Part shown: piece after piece, positions 61,848 through 64,000 of the stretch
Position numbering within the stretch: the stretch's first letter is position 1
Layout of the letters: each line of letters starts with the position of its first letter
Source of the DNA: Atribacterota bacterium
GTDB lineage: Bacteria; Atribacterota; Phoenicimicrobiia; Phoenicimicrobiales; Stramentimicrobiaceae
Length of the DNA: 64,000 bases
NCBI GenBank assembly: GCA_040767965.1
Contig: JAXGNR010000010.1
Span: 32,001 to 96,000 of the forward strand
Direction of reading: 5' to 3'
Notes under the pieces: generated by a model
Database searches by the model: none
Seen by the model: only the letters and a program-made list of their open reading frames with translations
What the model was told of the DNA's origin: nothing
Translations under genes and position numbers: made by a program

Positions 61848-61881
61848 AACATTCCCCATCTTTATAAAGATGGGGAATGTT
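61848..61881. repeat. perfect 34-bp intergenic palindrome (mRNA hairpin)
   Basis: AACATTCCCCATCTTTA|TAAAGATGGGGAATGTT. Confidence 0.85.
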
Positions 61882-61917
61882 GTAAGTTTTATTTTTAATT
61901 TTAATAGGGAGGTATTG

Positions 61918-62913
61918 ATGAGTTTTAAGGTAGTTTCTGTTGATAAACGGTTTCAAATAATTGATGAAGATAAAGAAAGGCTAGAAAAAGAAGGAGGCAT
62001 ATACATAACATTAGATAAAGAAAAGCCGACAGAAGAAGAAATAATAGATGCTTGTAAGGATGCAGAAATAATTATATCTGTCTACTCAAAAATTACAAAA
62101 AAAATTATTGATAATGCTAAAAAATGTAAAATGCTGATTAGGACAGGAATAGGAGTTGACAATATTGATGTAGAAGCTGCCACTAAAAAAGGAATACCAG
62201 TTGCTAATGTTCCAGACTATTGTTTAGACGAAGTTTCTGATCATGCTGTTTCCTTGGCTTTAATCTTATCAAGACAAATTTTGATTCTAAATGAGGATGT
62301 TAAAAAAGGTAAATGGGATGAAAGTAAAGATAATATCCAAATATTAGCAATGAAAGGTCAGAAATTTGGATTGCTGGGAATAGGCAAGATTTCTCAAAGA
62401 GTTGTAAAAAAAATAAAACCTTTTGGATTTGAAATAATAACTTATGACCCATATGTGGATAAAAATATAGCAAAAGATCTTGGTGTTGAGATGGTAAGCC
62501 TTGAAAGGTTGTTTAAGGAATCTGACTTTATATCATTACATGCTCCTTTAACAGAAGAAACAAAACACATAGTAAACAAAAATACCCTGAAATTAATGAA
62601 GCCAACTGCTTATTTAATTAATACAGCCAGAGGTCCCCTTATTAATGAAAAAGATCTATATATTGCTCTAAAAGAAAAATGGATAGCTGGAGCCGGAATT
62701 GATGTAACTGAGATAGAACCTTTACCTTTTGATAGCCCTTTGTTAACTTTAAACAATATTATTATTACACCTCATGTAGCTTTTTTATCAGAAAAATCAT
62801 TTCCAAATTTAAGAAAAAGAGTTATTGATGAAGCGATAAGGGTAGGATTAGGTAATAAACCTGTAAATTGGTTTAATAAAAAACAAATGGAAAAAGATTT
62901 AAAAAACGAATAA
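61918..62913 (+). CDS. D-2-hydroxyacid dehydrogenase (CtBP-like subfamily)
   Basis: GIGVDNID, NVPDYC..EVSDH, GIGKI, INTARG, TPHVAF; ATG 61918 after GGAGG. Confidence 0.92.
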   Translation: MSFKVVSVDKRFQIIDEDKERLEKEGGIYITLDKEKPTEEEIIDACKDAEIIISVYSKITKKIIDNAKKCKMLIRTGIGVDNIDVEAATKKGIPVANVPDYCLDEVSDHAVSLALILSRQILILNEDVKKGKWDESKDNIQILAMKGQKFGLLGIGKISQRVVKKIKPFGFEIITYDPYVDKNIAKDLGVEMVSLERLFKESDFISLHAPLTEETKHIVNKNTLKLMKPTAYLINTARGPLINEKDLYIALKEKWIAGAGIDVTEIEPLPFDSPLLTLNNIIITPHVAFLSEKSFPNLRKRVIDEAIRVGLGNKPVNWFNKKQMEKDLKNE

Positions 62914-62933
62914 TAAATTAAAAAGAGGGAAAA

Positions 62934-63725
62934 ATGAAAATAGTAAGATACTTGAAGGATAATGAAATATTTTATGGGAAAATTGATAATGGAAAGATTA
63001 GAAAAATAAAAGGATGTATTTTTGATGAACATAGTGTAACGCAAGAAGAGGTCTCAAGGGAAGAAATAAAACTGCTGGCACCTGTAATGCCCTATGACAT
63101 AATAGCTATTGGGCTTAATTATAAGAAACATGTCGATGAGGGTGGCAGATTATCTTATCCTGAAAGACCAGCTATATTTTTAAAAGCCAGATCTAGTTTA
63201 AATGGTCCTGACAGCCCAATTATAATCCCTTCTATGGCTCCAGATCAAGTAGATTATGAAGGCGAGCTAGTAATTGTAATAGGTAAAAAAGCAAAGAATA
63301 TAGAAAAAGAAGAAGTCAAAGATTATATTTTTGGTTATACATGTGGAATTGATGTCTCAGCAAGGGATTGCCAGCGGACTTTAGATGTTCAGTGGGCTAG
63401 AGGAAAATCTTTTGATACTTTTGCGACTTTAGGACCTTGGATTGAAACTAGCTTACCTGAACCTAACAATTGTACTATTATGACAAAATTAAATGGAAAA
63501 ATTATGCAAAACTCCAGTACATCTTACTTTATATTTAATACAGAAGAATTAGTAAGTTATTGTTCCAAGAATTTCACTTTATACCCAGGGACAGTGATAA
63601 TGACTGGAACTCCTGAAGGAGTAGGATTTGCCAGAAAACCACCTGTTTTTATGAAGCCTGGTGATACGATAGAGGTTAATATTGAAGGGATTGGGACTTT
63701 AAGTAACAATATTGTAAAAGCATAA
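62934..63725 (+). CDS. fumarylacetoacetate hydrolase family protein
   Basis: IGLNY, DYEGE, DVSARD, GKSFDTF; close paralog of 37732-38514. Confidence 0.92.
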   Translation: MKIVRYLKDNEIFYGKIDNGKIRKIKGCIFDEHSVTQEEVSREEIKLLAPVMPYDIIAIGLNYKKHVDEGGRLSYPERPAIFLKARSSLNGPDSPIIIPSMAPDQVDYEGELVIVIGKKAKNIEKEEVKDYIFGYTCGIDVSARDCQRTLDVQWARGKSFDTFATLGPWIETSLPEPNNCTIMTKLNGKIMQNSSTSYFIFNTEELVSYCSKNFTLYPGTVIMTGTPEGVGFARKPPVFMKPGDTIEVNIEGIGTLSNNIVKA

Positions 63726-63886
63726 AAAATTTTCTTCACAATATAGGATATGCTGGTGATTTTATAATTCATTTATCTATAAGACAAATTGAATATTGAG
63801 TATGCTGCTTGTTGATAAGAGATAAGAATAGAATAAAAATAGAAAAGTATAAAAATTAAAATAATAAAAATAAAGAAGGTATAATT

Positions 63887-64000
63887 ATGAATTCCAGAAT
63901 AGAATCCATTAAAGCAAGAGAAGTATTAGATATTGGATGTTTACCCACTGTAGAAGCAGAAGTAGTTCTTGAATCAGGAGTAATGGCAAGTGCTATTTGT
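63887..64000 (+). CDS. enolase-like protein N-terminus, runs off window
   Basis: MNSRIESIKAREVLDIGCLPTVEAEVVLESGVMASAIC. Confidence 0.75.
   Translation, partial: MNSRIESIKAREVLDIGCLPTVEAEVVLESGVMASAIC

Noticed and set aside
3641-63772. Numerous short antisense ORFs in the ORF track
   Set aside because: Shadows of real genes on the opposite strand, without RBS or motifs

Overview
AT-rich chromosomal segment of an anaerobic bacterium. Gene style (PEGA protein, TolC-like pair, many acid-sugar enzymes) is compatible with Atribacterota/JS1, but that is inference only. Bases 1-50 kb hold mostly housekeeping and transport genes: a Fur-boxed Fe-S ATPase/radical SAM operon, an Opu-type ABC transporter, lactate permease, a Mn riboswitch-controlled CaCA antiporter, transaldolase, an Rrf2-iscS-nifU cluster, a decayed cysK and cysE, two UxaA-family genes and a MoxR cluster. 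Bases 50.7-64 kb look like an accessory catabolic island with IS1202-type elements, gene remnants, divergent enolase paralogs, two mandelate-racemase-family dehydratases and a TRAP transporter. The strongest signal is an intact IS110 element (31181-32702, TC core). Its left end contains a bridge-RNA-like loop matching its own circle junction, its circle junction would form a canonical sigma70 promoter, and it sits in a REP-like palindrome. Also notable are an unannotated 24-aa membrane microprotein unit, an Rrf2 operator motif, an enolase with a remodelled active site and a perfect 52-bp palindrome. Clustered 1-bp frameshifts may be sequencing errors. All family calls are from motif recognition; no searches were run.
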